From positions 120,652,001 to 120,716,000 of the forward strand of contig OX597820.1 in the NCBI GenBank assembly GCA_951406725.2: DNA of 64,000 nucleotides, given 5' to 3'. The notes beneath the pieces were generated by a model. It searched no databases. It was not told the origin of the DNA and saw only the letters and a program-made list of their open reading frames with translations. Position 1 is the stretch's first letter. Each line of letters starts with the position of its first letter. Source of the stretch: Octopus vulgaris. Taxonomy: Eukaryota. This document shows positions 27,096-40,147 of the stretch, piece after piece. The position numbers and the translations under genes were made by a program.

Positions 27096-27241
27096 TTGTA
27101 TTTAGGAATGGTCATGTTGCCAGTTTAGCCAATAAAAACACACGCACTTTATATTTGTCGTTACTTTGCAAAGTAACACCAAATATATAGTGCGTGTGTT
27201 TTTATTGGCTAAACTGGGAAAATGACCATTACTAAATACAA
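27096..27241. repeat. Near-perfect loopless 146-bp palindrome
   Basis: ~73-bp arms centred on TTTGCAAA (27165-27172) with a few mismatches. Confidence 0.9.
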
Positions 27242-27257
27242 CGAGATATTATATACC

Positions 27258-28454
27258 ATTTTTTACCCCTCTGCGAAAAGATCTCAGAATTTTAATTGAT
27301 TTGCTTTTCGCAGGAAGGAAGTTTCTTCGAAGATACGTCTCGCTTTTATCCTTCGAAACGTAGAGTAGATGAAACCTTAGCGACTGAAGAAGGGGTTTTT
27401 TCGTTTTGCTAATTGTCCTGTACTCCTTTTTTTCTTGTCCTGTTCCTTGGTTTGTGTCTATGTTTTTCGTCTCTCTATGTGTTCGACGTCTTTTTGGTGT
27501 CCTGTACACATTTATGCGTGTATATGTACATGTAGAGGTAGGTACGTACATATATGTTTATATATATGCATATGTTCTATTCTTTTATTAATATATTATA
27601 CGACTAAACGCACGCACCCTCTTAAGTAAGATTGTTCTGTTTATCAAGTTAGCCTTGATATTAACTCTCACGCGACTCTGCATCTTTCTTTCTTTCTATC
27701 CCATTCCCTTTTTCGTCTTTTTTTCCCTCACTTAACTTGTCTCTTCCTCTCTCTCTCATTCTTCATTCTCTCTCTCCCACTCATCATTCTTCATGGTCTC
27801 CTCGCACCATTCCCCTTCTTCTCTCCCTTCCTCTTGCTCCTCCTCCCCCATTCCCGTCGTCCATCTGCGACGATACTTCCGTCGTAACTGCTATCCTGTC
27901 TTTTCTCGCCCGCCTTCTAAGGCCAATGGTCGACATTCCTGCTCTCTCGTCGTCCACTATAATCGGGCGTTTGCAATACTTTTTTCGTCTGGCGTAAACA
28001 GCCCTTCTTATCTTGTTCTCCTTGTCCTGTCTCTTACTGTTATACATTTATTTTTCCACTGTTTATATATATTTTTTTACTGTTTATATGTTTGTACTGT
28101 CGTTACCGTCTTGCTTTTTTTACTATTTTTTACCCCTCTGCGAAAAGATCTCAGAATTTTAATTGATTTGCTTTTCGCAGGAAGGAAGTTTCTTCGAAGA
28201 TACGTCTCGCTTTTATCCTTCGAAACGTAGAGTAGATGAAACCTTAGCGACTGAAGAAGGGGCTTTTTCGTTGTGCTAATTGTCCTGTACTCCTTTTTTT
28301 CTTGTCCTGTTCCTTGGTTTGTGTCTATGTTTTTCGTCTCTCTATGTGTTCGACGTCTTTTTGGTGTCCTGTACACATATATGCGTGTATATGTACATGT
28401 AGAGGTAGGTACGTACACATATGTTTATATATATGCATATGTTCTATTCTTTTT

Positions 28455-28455
<1 letters not shown>
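27258..28455 (+). mobile_element. Element with ~335-bp direct terminal repeats (Penelope pseudo-LTR-like)
   Basis: 27258-27590 and 28125-28455 are nearly identical (offset 867). Further family copies at ~34545-34870 and ~31800-31930. No TG..CA ends, PBS or PPT seen. Confidence 0.65.
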
Positions 28456-28502
<47 letters not shown>

Positions 28503-28514
28503 ATATAAATATAC

Positions 28515-28641
28515 ACACGAAGAACTTCGAGTTTTCTGTCAAATCCATTCACAAGGCTTAGCTCAGCCCGAGACGCCGAGCAGTGGGACTGAACCCGGAA
28601 CTGTGTTTGGGAAGGAAGCTTCTTACCACACATCCATGCCT
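28515..28641 (-). mobile_element. SINE family B, diverged 5' fragment
   Basis: AAATCCATTCACAAGGCTT...GCAGTGGGACTGAACCCGGAAC...CTTACCACAC. Confidence 0.65.
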
Positions 28642-28750
28642 ATATGTGTGTGCGTGTGTGTTTGCTTGTGTCCGTGTATGTGTATGTGTATATATAAGCA
28701 GAGAGAGAGAGTGATACACATGGACATAGATTTTATATATATATAAATAT

Positions 28751-28781
<31 letters not shown>

Positions 28782-28805
28782 CATACATAGACACACAAAC
28801 ACACA

Positions 28806-28860
<55 letters not shown>

Positions 28861-29236
28861 TATACATGGATACATGAATAATATATAATGCAATATAAAT
28901 AAGTGGTGTATCAACATAGGTAGAGTGGATGTGAGAATATGTAGTGAAGCGAAATATTTTACAACTCGAATAAAATAATAACATAACGAATGTGTCTTTT
29001 ATATATTTCTTGCTTCAATGCTCGAAAGACAAGTTGGCTCCAGTCTAACATCCAACGGTTCAAAAGTGACAGCGATTGGATTGATAAGATTAGCAGAGAG
29101 ATCTTTTAAACCGAGACTCTGCGTTGCTGTTGTGTTTGAGTTTAGATTTCTAACAAGATATATTGACATACACATGGACACGCATATGTGGTTGTGTGTG
29201 TTTGCGAATGTGTATGTATTTGTATAGAGTGTAAGG

Positions 29237-29271
<35 letters not shown>

Positions 29272-29357
29272 TGAGAGGGAGGAAGAGAAAGAGAAAGAGA
29301 AGGAGAGAGAGAGAGCGAGAGCGAGAGATAAACAGGAACGGACATTTAGAGTTACAT

Positions 29358-29408
<51 letters not shown>

Positions 29409-29701
29409 AATCTCACTCTCTCTCTATATATATATATACATATACATATATATATGTATATGCATGTGTTTGTGCGAATGTGTGTGTTTGCATGTGTCTA
29501 TGTATGGTTATCTTAAATTGCATGAGTCAAGCACGGTTGTAGTTTCCTGCCATGGTGTTGAGTAGATCCTGTGTTGATTTTTGTTTTATCTTTCCTAAGC
29601 TCTCTTGTACGAAATCGAATGCAGTGTCTCTATGATGATGCACTGTGGGTTTACATACATCAATACATACACGTATGCATCTACACACCGATCCATTCAT
29701 A

Positions 29702-29750
<49 letters not shown>

Positions 29751-29812
29751 ATGTGTATGTGTCTGTATGTGTATATGTAAGCATGCGCATGAGTGGCCAC
29801 GACGACAATATT

Positions 29813-30000
29813 TCTACTACTACTACTACTACTACTACTACTAATTATAGTAGTAGTTATAATTATAATAATAATGATAATATTAATAATAATAATAATA
29901 ATCATAATAATAATAATAATATTAATAATATCATTATTATTATTATCATTAGTACTGTTACGAAAATTATTACTATTAATAATAGTGATAATCAAATAAT
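29813..30000. repeat. (ACT)n/(AAT)n trinucleotide microsatellite complex
   Basis: Directly visible; source of the poly-T/N/I ORFs. Confidence 0.9.
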
Positions 30001-30496
30001 GGTTTCGTAGTTATTAAGCTAAACACTTCTGTTATAATTTCTGTATATTCCACAAATGTTTCAAGCAGAACAGATAATATACAAGTGTTCCTGTCGACGA
30101 AGTCATCTAGGCTTACATGGACACGTATCATACAGAAATGGACAGGGGGACAAACAGCTGGTGGACAATGGCCTGGTTTAGCACTGAGAAATTATATGCT
30201 AGTTGAAAATTTCGGATTGGGCTTCAGAGTGAGGTTGTCTTGCGCTTTATTTCTCAAAAGTTTTAAAATGATATCACAAGAAATGCAGAAAATAATCTAA
30301 GAAACACTCACCAAAGTAATTCTGTTGAATTATAAATTGTGAAATATTCTCGGGTGTAGCATTATACTATGGAGATTTCACCTACGAAATCAAGCAAATG
30401 TGTTTGTTTATAACTTAGATCTCGTCTTCTCATGCACATCGTTCTGGTAGATGTCAATATATTTCTTCAGACGATGCAAGAAAAAAAAATGTATCT

Positions 30497-30914
30497 AGGC
30501 GCAGGAGTGGCTGTGTGGTAAGTAGCTTGCTTACCAACCACATGGTTCCGGGTTCAGTCCCACTGCGTGGCACCTTGGTCAAGTGTCTTCTACTATAGCC
30601 TCGGGGCGACCAAAGCCTTGTGAGTGGATTTGGTAGACGGAAACTGAAAGAAGCCCGTCGTATATATGTATATGTATGCGTGTGTGTGTGTGTTTGTGTG
30701 TCTGTGTTTGCCCCCCCCCCAACATCGCTTGACAAACGATGGTGGTGTGTTTACGTCCCCGTAACTTAGCGGTTTGGCAAAAGCGATCGATAGATTAAGT
30801 ACTAGGCTTACAAAGAATAAGTCCTGGGATCGATTTGTTCGACTAAAGGCGGTGCTCCAGCATGGCCACAGTCACATGACTGAAACAAATAAAAGAGTAA
30901 AAGAGTAAAAGAGT
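30497..30914 (+). mobile_element. SINE family B, full length
   Basis: Consensus match with an (AAAAGAGT)n tail. Confidence 0.9.
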
Positions 30915-32787
30915 ATGATTAGGAATGACATGAATTTGAATATAAAACGATTGGAGATGGAGTAAAGAAAAACACGTTTTAAAGAAATTCTATGAAAAGA
31001 ACCACGTCAAAATGTTCAGCAAATGGCCATACATGCTCGCTTATCAAATATATGATAAGACTTTGAATGACCACTGAACTAGTTTGCACTAAATTTCCTC
31101 AAGGCCTGAATACAACTGCTTTTATATGTTTTGCTTTATACCTTCATCTGTCTCAGTTATTATGTTTCATACTTTGATTTTTATATTTTATTTTTATTTT
31201 ATTTATTTATTCATTTTTGTAAAATTCACTATTTATCGATTTTAAGCTCCTCCACATTAGTGAGTCTGTCTATCAGTGAATCATGCAGTCTATCTTTCTT
31301 TTATTTTAAGTAGATTTAGTTTTTATAACTATCAATTCGTAGATATGAATCTAAATATAAATGGTTTTCTCGTTATAAATAATGAATACAAATGTAATGT
31401 AACAGAAAGAAATTTATAGGAATATGAGGAGAAAAAAGAAAGAAATATAGAATTATTTGCAGAAGCAACAAGCATTAACCAAAACAGAGCGTAACTCTCT
31501 GTGACAGCAAAAGAGCTTAAATTCCCAGACGTCAATCTAAAGTTGAACAATTTCTATGGTAAATGTAAAAAAGATTGAATGAAAAACGCCCTCTAGTAGT
31601 TTTTAAAGTTGTCAGCTCCTGTACATTACACTCTGTTTAAATGTATGCTTTAACTTTCTTCGGCACCTTCTCTCACTCCAATGTTGTGCGTTTCTGTTTG
31701 CAGATGGGTAAAATTTGAAAATGCTTGCGCATATTGCCCTTCGCACACACACACACACATTCATAAATGCGTTCATATATTTATATATACATATATATGT
31801 GTCTATTTTCGTTTCTCATTGTGTTCGACGTTTTTTTGGTGTCCTGTACTCATATATGCGTGTATATATACATGTAGAGGTAGGTACGTGCATATATGTA
31901 TATATATATGCATATGTTTTATTTATTAATATATTATATATATATATGTATATATGTATGTATGTAAGTATGTATGTATGTATGTATGTATGTATGTATG
32001 TATGTATGTATGTCTATATACTTCGTTTTTCGATTTCGTTTGCAAGATTCTTTATGTCAGTTCTTGTGTTGAAGTATATATTGTTTGTGTCTGGGGAGAG
32101 TCATTCACTTTTGGTGACTTATAATTTAACACACGCACTGGTTAAATTCTCACTCTTTTACTTAGTTTTCTAAAATTTTCGTTGTGCCTTGTAAGCTTTT
32201 CAATAGTTCTTGTCTCCGTCCGTTTTCCGAGTTGCGTTCTTTTTGTTTCTTTGTGCGCAAGCGTGTGAGTCAGTGTGTGTGCGCATACACAAAAAAGTAG
32301 TTATGTATGTACGTAAGTATGTACGTATGCATGTGGGTGTAAGGATGCATGTATGTATTTGGCATATTCATGTGTTTGTGCGTTTGTGTGTTTGTGTGTT
32401 TTATGTGTGTGTGTTTGCATGTGTGTATGCGTGTACATGTGTCTCTTTGTGTGTGCATGTCTGTGTGTGTGTGTGTTTGTGTGTATGGGTTTTTGTGACT
32501 ATGTACTGTGCGTGTATGTATGGATATGTATCTCCATATGTGTGAATGCGTGTCTCCATACGCATCGTTATGTGAAGTGAAGGGTGTGTGTATGGTCATG
32601 TGTTTCAAGTTTCACTTGCGCATGCGTGTATCTGTGCTTGTGTGTTCACATTACCTATGAACTTTTCCGTCTGTATGTTTATCTGTTTACTTTCATATCT
32701 CTTTGACTACCTACATGTGCATATATACGTATATATATATATACACACACTTACATACATTTACATAACAGCCCACTAACTATTCTA

Positions 32788-32828
<41 letters not shown>

Positions 32829-34544
32829 TGTGGGTATGGGGGGTTTAATTACGTACTACGTATCTTTCTTAATTAGTAGTGGGGATGTTTTATTTATTTG
32901 GGCGTACTCCTGTATTTGTTTGAGGGTTGGGTCCTTTGGATGCTTGGATAAAGCGTGGATGTCAAGTTGACCCAGGTTGCCTCCATGTTTGTCGTTGGCA
33001 TGTTTGGTAGAGTATGGAGGGCTGTCTTTTGTCGTTATATCGTCTCAAATGCTTATTTGCTCTCCTTCAGAGGTTTCTTAAATCTACGGTTGAACACGTG
33101 GTATAAAATCTACAAATATCAAGAAGTGATGTTTGTAGAGGTCACAGCCCGTGCTAAACTAGCACGTAGAGGCGCACACTAAGTCTCAAGCAACAGGGCA
33201 ATTTTAAGAGTTAGCCATTTCATATCTTTTCACAGGTTCTTAGAATTAACCAGAGTCCTATGACTGTTAGATACACGGGTGGTTCTGTCTCCATTCTTAC
33301 TTTCCATGTTTTGCCTCCTTTGAATTCGTTCAAAAGAAGGTTGTATTGTCGAAACACAGAAGACATTTCTTTTAGCGTAAACTTAATACATATTACGGAG
33401 ATGCAATTGCATAGCAAGAATTTTGCCAGTGATCAGGTCGCGGTCTGAAAGCGACGAAAATATTTTGGCAAATTAAATTTAAATGTTGAAGTGAATCTAA
33501 TAGTTTTTGTGTTTTTAAATGGCTTATAAACACCTTCCACGCTGCAATTGTTTAATATATATTGATTTATATTCAACACGCCTTCGCGGTTTATTTATTT
33601 ATTTATTTATTCTCCCTATGTGCACAGACACACTTATAGTCACAGCCATAGCTATGTACCCTACCGTATTTCGACCAGGGAATGTCTTCTTAAAAACGTA
33701 GAATTTTAAAACTACACAGATTAATTCAATGCTAGACGAAAGGAATAACCACGGAAGTGAAGGAAAATACAGACATTGTTACTTCGAATGACCTGAAATA
33801 TACAGAAACGGCATAATATTTAACGGTTAATATGCAACAGTACAACATATTTACATTGTTACCCCAAATTTTACAATTGCGGCAATATTTCACATCGTTA
33901 GATAGAATTTCAGATTCCCATATATTCTTCAGGACAACCATTCGAATTTGTTTCCAAAGTGAGTCGCCTATACGGCATTGATGAATTAAAGTAACTCGGA
34001 AATATTAAAAAAAATGAAGAAATTCATTCTTGTTTATCATACGGAGTGATTTCTTTTGAATGTGTTTTTTAACACCCTACGTCTATCATGAGACAATCCC
34101 TACGCGAAATTTCGCTGCGAAACGCTTTTAACAAGTGTAAGGGATGTCGATTTTGTCTAATTTGTAGAGCTGCTTTTACCACCAAACTGAATTTTGCTTC
34201 ACATCAGCAGATAGATTTGTATATACTTCAATCTGTCTATACTTCAATCTAGCGATACGAATTCGTTTCGAATGTGAATCAAGTATACGGCACCGCATCC
34301 ACCAGTAGAAATAACTGCATAGTATGTATACCTGTCGTTTTCGTTCACTCCCGGAGCGATTCGTTTCGCTTGGTTTTGAAATATAACGGGCTTCTTGACA
34401 AGCTAAGTCTGTAAACGACTTCTCTGGACGAGATGCCGCAGCCTAAAAGCGTTTAACAACATACGTATATAATAGCAGGTGACAATGGTAATGTATACAT
34501 TATAGTACGGTTTCTAACCCAGAATATATATATATATATATATA

Positions 34545-34870
34545 CAAGATCTCAAATTTTATTTGATTTGCTTTTCGCAGGAAGGAAAGTTTCTTATCGA
34601 AGATACGTCTCGCCTTCACCTTCGAAACGTAGAGTAAATGAAACCATGGCGACTGAAGAAGGGGATTTTTCCTTGTGCTATTTGTCCTGTACTCTTTTTT
34701 GTTGTTTAAGAAAAATGTCCAGTTCCTTGTGTTTGTGTCTATGTTTTCGTTTCTCATTGTGTTCGACGTTTTTTGGTGTCATGTACTCATATATGCGTGT
34801 ATATATACATGTAGAGGTAGGTACGTACATATATGTACATATATATGCATATGTTTTATTTATTAATATA
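34545..34870 (+). mobile_element. Solo copy of the 27258/28125 repeat family
   Basis: AAGATCTCA..GATTTGCTTTTCGCAGGAAGG...GCGACTGAAGAAGGGG...GTAGAGGTAGGTACG. Confidence 0.8.
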
Positions 34871-34929
<59 letters not shown>

Positions 34930-35109
34930 TAAAATAAATTAGAGATAAAACCACTATTAGGCAAATCAAACAGTGAAAAACATAAACCAAAACATAAAAA
35001 TAAAAATAATTAATATTATATACAATATATATAAAATAAAAAATTAAATTATTTAAATTTAAAATTATTAATTTATATTTAACATTTTCTTTTTTTTTTT
35101 TTTAGAAAA

Positions 35110-35398
35110 AACTTGGATATGTTTCGACCAAATATTGGTCCAGGTCATGTGTAACTTAATAGCACCAACTGATAGGATTAACTAAATCCCTTTTAAGTCA
35201 AGTTTTGTTTATGGTCCATTCAAGTAGTGAGTTTTTGTTGAGTGAGTTGTATCCAGGTATGGGTGGCTTCTCTGGTATTCCTTGAAGAAATCTATCCAGA
35301 CTCCGTTTAAAGGTGATGGGATCCTTTTCCTCTTTGATCTCGTTCGGAACAATGTCAGACAGGGCAGAGCGTGTTGAGGAAAAGAAATTATGTCGCAG
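35110..35398 (-). mobile_element. CR1/L2-group LINE 3' fragment
   Basis: TLRHNFF...IVPNEIKE..DPITFKRSLDRFLQGIPEKPPIPGY...NSLLEW, typical of a CR1-group ORF2 C-terminus, plus a short 3' UTR. Confidence 0.7.
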
Positions 35399-36029
35399 TG
35401 TATATATATATATATATATATATATATGCATACGCATACAGTACTTGCATGCAAATGTATGCATATGTGTGTGTTTGGGGGGGCGTATTTGTTTGTTTAT
35501 GGCTGTAGCTAACAGCATGAGTAGATGCTCAGGAACTTTCTAGTTATAGAAATGTTAATATAGAGAGAGAGACTCACGAGATCGATAAAGTTCTATTTTC
35601 CTAAGAAGAAAGACGTATCAGCATTTAACAGAAATGGCGTCAAGAGCAATCAGCCATCTTGAAAACACATTATCTGTTGTCTGTGGCCCAATTCTTAATG
35701 TAACTTTGAGACGTTGTCTGTTCGACTTTTCTCCTCCAAGGAGAGTGAAAGTTTGCAAATTTGTTTGTTTACCCAAAAGAAATAGAAACCTTTCAAGATA
35801 TCATTTTCGAGGTCATAAAAAGAAAGTTTGAGAGAAAAAAAATAGACATTTCCACTGCTTTTTCAAGTCATGCTTTTAGCAAATAACATTTACTAACCGT
35901 CAAACAACGTGTGCTACAGAGTTCAACACTTCCATATTTTGATCAAACTTACAGCGACTAAAGTTGTTTTTCGTTACAGAAATAAATATTTGTCAATTTA
36001 CATATATATATATATATATTTATACATAT

Positions 36030-36104
<75 letters not shown>

Positions 36105-36112
36105 CACATACA

Positions 36113-36162
<50 letters not shown>

Positions 36163-36251
36163 CATACATATATATATATATTTATACATATATATATATA
36201 CACATACATATATATACATATATATATTTATACATATATATATATACATAC

Positions 36252-36284
<33 letters not shown>

Positions 36285-36289
36285 AAGTT

Positions 36290-36492
36290 AATCCAAACAA
36301 GAAAGCACAGAAAAACACAACAACGCGAGGACGTGGAACAAATATAGTATTATTGGACGCTCAGGAAAGAAGGAAAAAAGGAGGGTTTAACGTTTCGAGC
36401 GGAGCTCTTCGTCGGAAACATAGGAGAAGGAAAGATCAGGAGAAGGGAAGACACAGGAAAAAAATCGCCAACGGTACACACGCGGTCACATT
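36290..36492 (-). mobile_element. Penelope-type pseudo-LTR with minimal hammerhead-like motif
   Basis: Minus strand 36419-36385 reads GTTT-CCGACGA-A-GAGC-TCC-GCTC-GAAA-CG-TT-AAAC; a related copy lies on the plus strand at ~40705-40890. Confidence 0.55.
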
Positions 36493-36769
36493 TATATATA
36501 TATGTGTGTGTGCGTGTGTGTGTGTGTGTGTGTGTAAAAATAATTGCTTGTATATATGATTTCAGACTCTCTAACACGTTCTTTTGCTGTGTTACATATA
36601 ACATTGTAACGCTTATGTAAAATATATTTAGAGAGGAAGAGCGAAGAACCGAGAGAATAGATAAAAAGGGACACAAAGAGGTGTGAACAGGATGCCCACC
36701 ATCTGATCAATCATACACAGCTGCATGATCAGCCACATTTTGGAACATATTATGTGCTTTCGTATTTAC

Positions 36770-37352
36770 TGCTACATACATACCATACATACCATACATA
36801 CATACATACATGCATACATACATACATTTATACATACATACATACACACATACATACATACGCACATACATACATACGTACATACATACATACATACGCA
36901 CATACATACATACAAATATACATACATACATTCATATATACATACATACATACATACATGCATACATACACACATACACACATACATACATACATACATG
37001 CATGCATACATACATACACACATTCATACATAGATACGCACATACATACATGCATACATACATACACACATACACACATACATACATACATACATGCATG
37101 CATACATACATACACACATTCATACATACATACGCACATACATACATACATACATACACACATACATACATACATGCATACATACACACATGCATACATA
37201 CATACATACATACACACACATACATAGATATATACATACATACACACATACATATATACATACATGCATACACACATACATACATTCATACATACATACA
37301 TACATACATGCATACATACATACATACATACATACATACATACATACATACA

Positions 37353-37386
<34 letters not shown>

Positions 37387-37390
37387 CATG
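36770..37390. repeat. (TACA)n-type compound microsatellite
   Basis: Directly visible; source of the HTYI/MYVC ORFs. Confidence 0.95.
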
Positions 37391-37596
37391 TAGTATGTAT
37401 CTGTGTCAGGTCGGAATCGAGTGCCACAAGTAAAGCGTAACCAAGTACACCCTCTCCACCTGTCACATTTTAAAGCTGTCGGTGACAAAACCGGCGGCCC
37501 TACCTAGCGTCCTTGATGAGAAGGGTGATTTTTTGACATTTTACCGGGCGAGAAACAAAACCCTTTACCAAACGGAGGGAAAAAAGTGTGTACATA

Positions 37597-37900
37597 AGCG
37601 CAAGCGTGGCTGTGCCGTACGAAGCTTGCTTCCCAGGTTCATGGTGCAGTTTAGGGGCCACAGCATGGCTCCTTGGCAAGCTGGCGGAATTAACGAGGTG
37701 CTGGCAGAAATGTTAACAAGCAAGAAAAATACTAAGCGGCATTTGGCCTGTTTTTCACGTTCTGAGGTCAAATTCCACCGGGGGCGATTTTGGTTTTCAT
37801 CATTTCGGAGTCAATAAAACAAGAATCATTTTGGCACTGGCATTGGTGTAATCGACTTACCGCTTCCCTCGAAATAGCTTCTCTTGTGACAAATTTCAGA
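37597..37900 (+). mobile_element. Adjacent diverged SINE fragments (family B head followed by family A-related copy)
   Basis: GTGGCTGTGCCGTACGAAGCTTGCTTCCC..CCTTGGCAAG, then GTGCTGGCAGAAATGTTA...CTGAGGTCAAATTCC...TTTCATCATTTCGGAGTC. Confidence 0.55.
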
Positions 37901-38017
37901 AAAAATATCAATATCTCTCATGAGGATTAATAAAATTCCATTATTATGCAGTCAAAATAAAATAATGAACACACACACACACAGACACACACAGACACAC
38001 ACACACACACACACATA

Positions 38018-38242
38018 CACAAGAGAACGTGCTGAAAATTTTCTGGCTTTGGGTAAAAGAAAATACAGGAGGATCAGAAAATTATTATTTTATTCAACAT
38101 ACTCCCCTCTCAGATTTGCAGATATTTTGCAGCGGTCCGTCAGGTTTTCTGAGCGCTATAAAAGAATTCAAAGGGTCGGGCCTGCAACCAGGCTTTTTGA
38201 GGTTTCTTTAAAGTCTGGAACATTTTGTGCACCCCATCGTGT
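38018..38242. mobile_element. Degenerate mariner-derived MITE
   Basis: Imperfect TIRs GTGCTGAAAATTTTCTGGCTTT / AAAGTCTGGAACATTTTGTGCAC. Confidence 0.5.
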
Positions 38243-38263
38243 ATGTGTGTATGTGTGTGTATG

Positions 38264-38294
<31 letters not shown>

Positions 38295-38463
38295 TTTGGG
38301 GTTAGGTGATTTGACGTCTATTTCTAGCGTATAGGAATCCAGTTTAGTGGTCATTCCTCTTATTAAAATAAAAGGACGAAATATAATTCACCCTTTTCAC
38401 ACACACACACATACACACACACATAAACACATATACACAAACACACACAAACGCACATACACA

Positions 38464-38502
<39 letters not shown>

Positions 38503-38506
<4 letters not shown>

Positions 38507-38766
38507 GTAAAATAATATTGACAATTATTCAATAGCCAAGATAAAACTGTGTTTCGGATGCCGAGGTGGAAATCCACAGCACCATCTCTTCGGTTAGATG
38601 GCCAGATAACCGAAGAGATGGTGTTGTGGATTTCCACCTCGGCATCCGAAACTCAGTTTTATCTTGGCTATTGAATAATTGTCACATATTTTACAGATAA
38701 ATTTCCCCTATTTACATAATATTGAGGTCTCCTTCTTTCTTTTGTTATCTTACCGTTTTTACCAAT
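38503..38766. mobile_element. Penelope pseudo-LTR palindrome (same family as 2065-2535)
   Basis: ~195-bp near-perfect palindrome centred near 38600, plus a 3' extension homologous to 2470-2535; flanked by (TA)n. Confidence 0.8.
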
Positions 38767-38779
38767 ATATATATATATA

Positions 38780-39195
38780 TGTCGATTGAATTGAATCTAT
38801 TCAATGAAACACTCATTCAGACTCCAATGGTCGAAGACTAGCGACGCGCTTGAAAATTAGAGTACCAAGACGTCTGAACCAAACTGATTCGATCCCTACA
38901 TGTAACTTCCGATAAATGACTTCAGTGCCTTTCTTTCGCTTCTCTACTTGTTTTTAATATTTGCGTAGGATCCTTGTTGTAGTAACTTCTGTAGTGGAAG
39001 CATTCAAAAGGGGTTCATATTTCACGATGAAATATGATTCTTTGCTAATGCGCCGGTTATAGGTTGCATTGCGCCCGTATTAATGGCGGAGAAAAATTCT
39101 GAAGTTGGCTTCTTTGTTAGTGTCGCAAATGTCGATATGTTTGCTTAATACTATTTTACTGTATTCTCGAAATTTAATCTGCGATCTACGTACAA
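38780..39195 (-). mobile_element. Penelope-like element 3' remnant (GIY-YIG C-terminus)
   Basis: Minus strand: VRRSQIKFREYSKIVLSKHIDICD..EANFRIF..*...RRISKESYFIVKYEPLLNA, the 'KE.YFI....P.LN' terminus typical of PLE endonucleases. Confidence 0.65.
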
Positions 39196-39346
39196 AGATC
39201 TTAGAATAAAACCCACGCAAATATTAAAAAAAACGATATACTCAGAAAAGTCATGACCCATGAATTTATTTCGAACAATTGCAATCGCTACAGCTACAAC
39301 TACAAAAGGTTACATTTGGTTACATTTGGTTACATTTGGTTACAAA

Positions 39347-39575
39347 GGCGGCGAGCTGGCAGACACGTTAGCACGCCGGGCGAAATGCTTAGTGATATTT
39401 CGTCTGCAGTTACGTTGTGAGTTCAAATTCCGCCGAGGCCAACTTTGCCTTTCATCCTTTCGGGGGTCGATAAATTAAGTACCAGTTACGCACTGGGGTT
39501 GATGTAATCGACTTAATGCCTATGTATGTCCTTGTTTGTCCCCTCTATGTTTAGCCCCTTCTGGGTAATAAAAAC
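39347..39575 (+). mobile_element. SINE family A, full length
   Basis: Consensus match; flanked on both sides by GGTTACATTTGG-related sequence. Confidence 0.9.
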
Positions 39576-39589
39576 ATGGGTTACATTTG

Positions 39590-39995
39590 GGTCATTTGAA
39601 CATTAAAGAAGACTCCACGAAGAGTTTACTACTGTCATACCACTCCCATCTTTTTTTTCTCTTTTCTGTTCTTTTTCTACTCCTTCTCCTTTATCTTCAC
39701 CTTCTTTTTCTTCGGTGTCTCCTTCCTCGGATGCTGCTGCTGCTTAAACAATCGAAGTCCAGAACCCAGATTCCTCTGCACGCCTACTATTTCTTAAGAT
39801 CTGCTACTCCCTGCCGAGCCTTCCAAAATTAAAAGTGTTAGGGACAGGAAAAAGGAAGACGTCCTAATTATTTGAAGATGACGGAAATATTTTTAAAAAA
39901 ACATTTCATTTCATTTTTAAACAATTTAATTGTTTTTCATACTTTATTCTAACTAGAAAAAGGTCGAAAGGACAGAAACCGATGCTAAAATGTTC
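39590..39995 (+). repeat. ~400-bp interspersed repeat, inverted homologue at 45318-45760
   Basis: Shared TGTCATACCACTC, CTGCTGCTT.AACAATC, AAAAAAACATTTCATTT, CAATTTAATTG..TTTCATACTTTA and terminal GAAACCG..AAAATGTT. Confidence 0.7.
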
Positions 39996-40147
39996 TTCAC
40001 GATAAAATTATTTTAGCATTTTCTATCTTGTCTTATTTTCCTTATACATATCAACCCATGGGTTACTTTTGAACCTTTGACATACACACACACACGCACA
40101 TACACACACACACACGCACACACACATACACACAAACACACACACGT

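Noticed and set aside
33660-34512. Possible pogo/Tigger-like element
   Set aside because: Only ~6 bp of terminal complementarity and a weak HTH resemblance; not supportable.
35115-35150. Hammerhead-like GACC..GGTC-GAAAC hairpin on the minus strand
   Set aside because: No CUGAnGA core; it lies in the 3' UTR of the CR1-like fragment.
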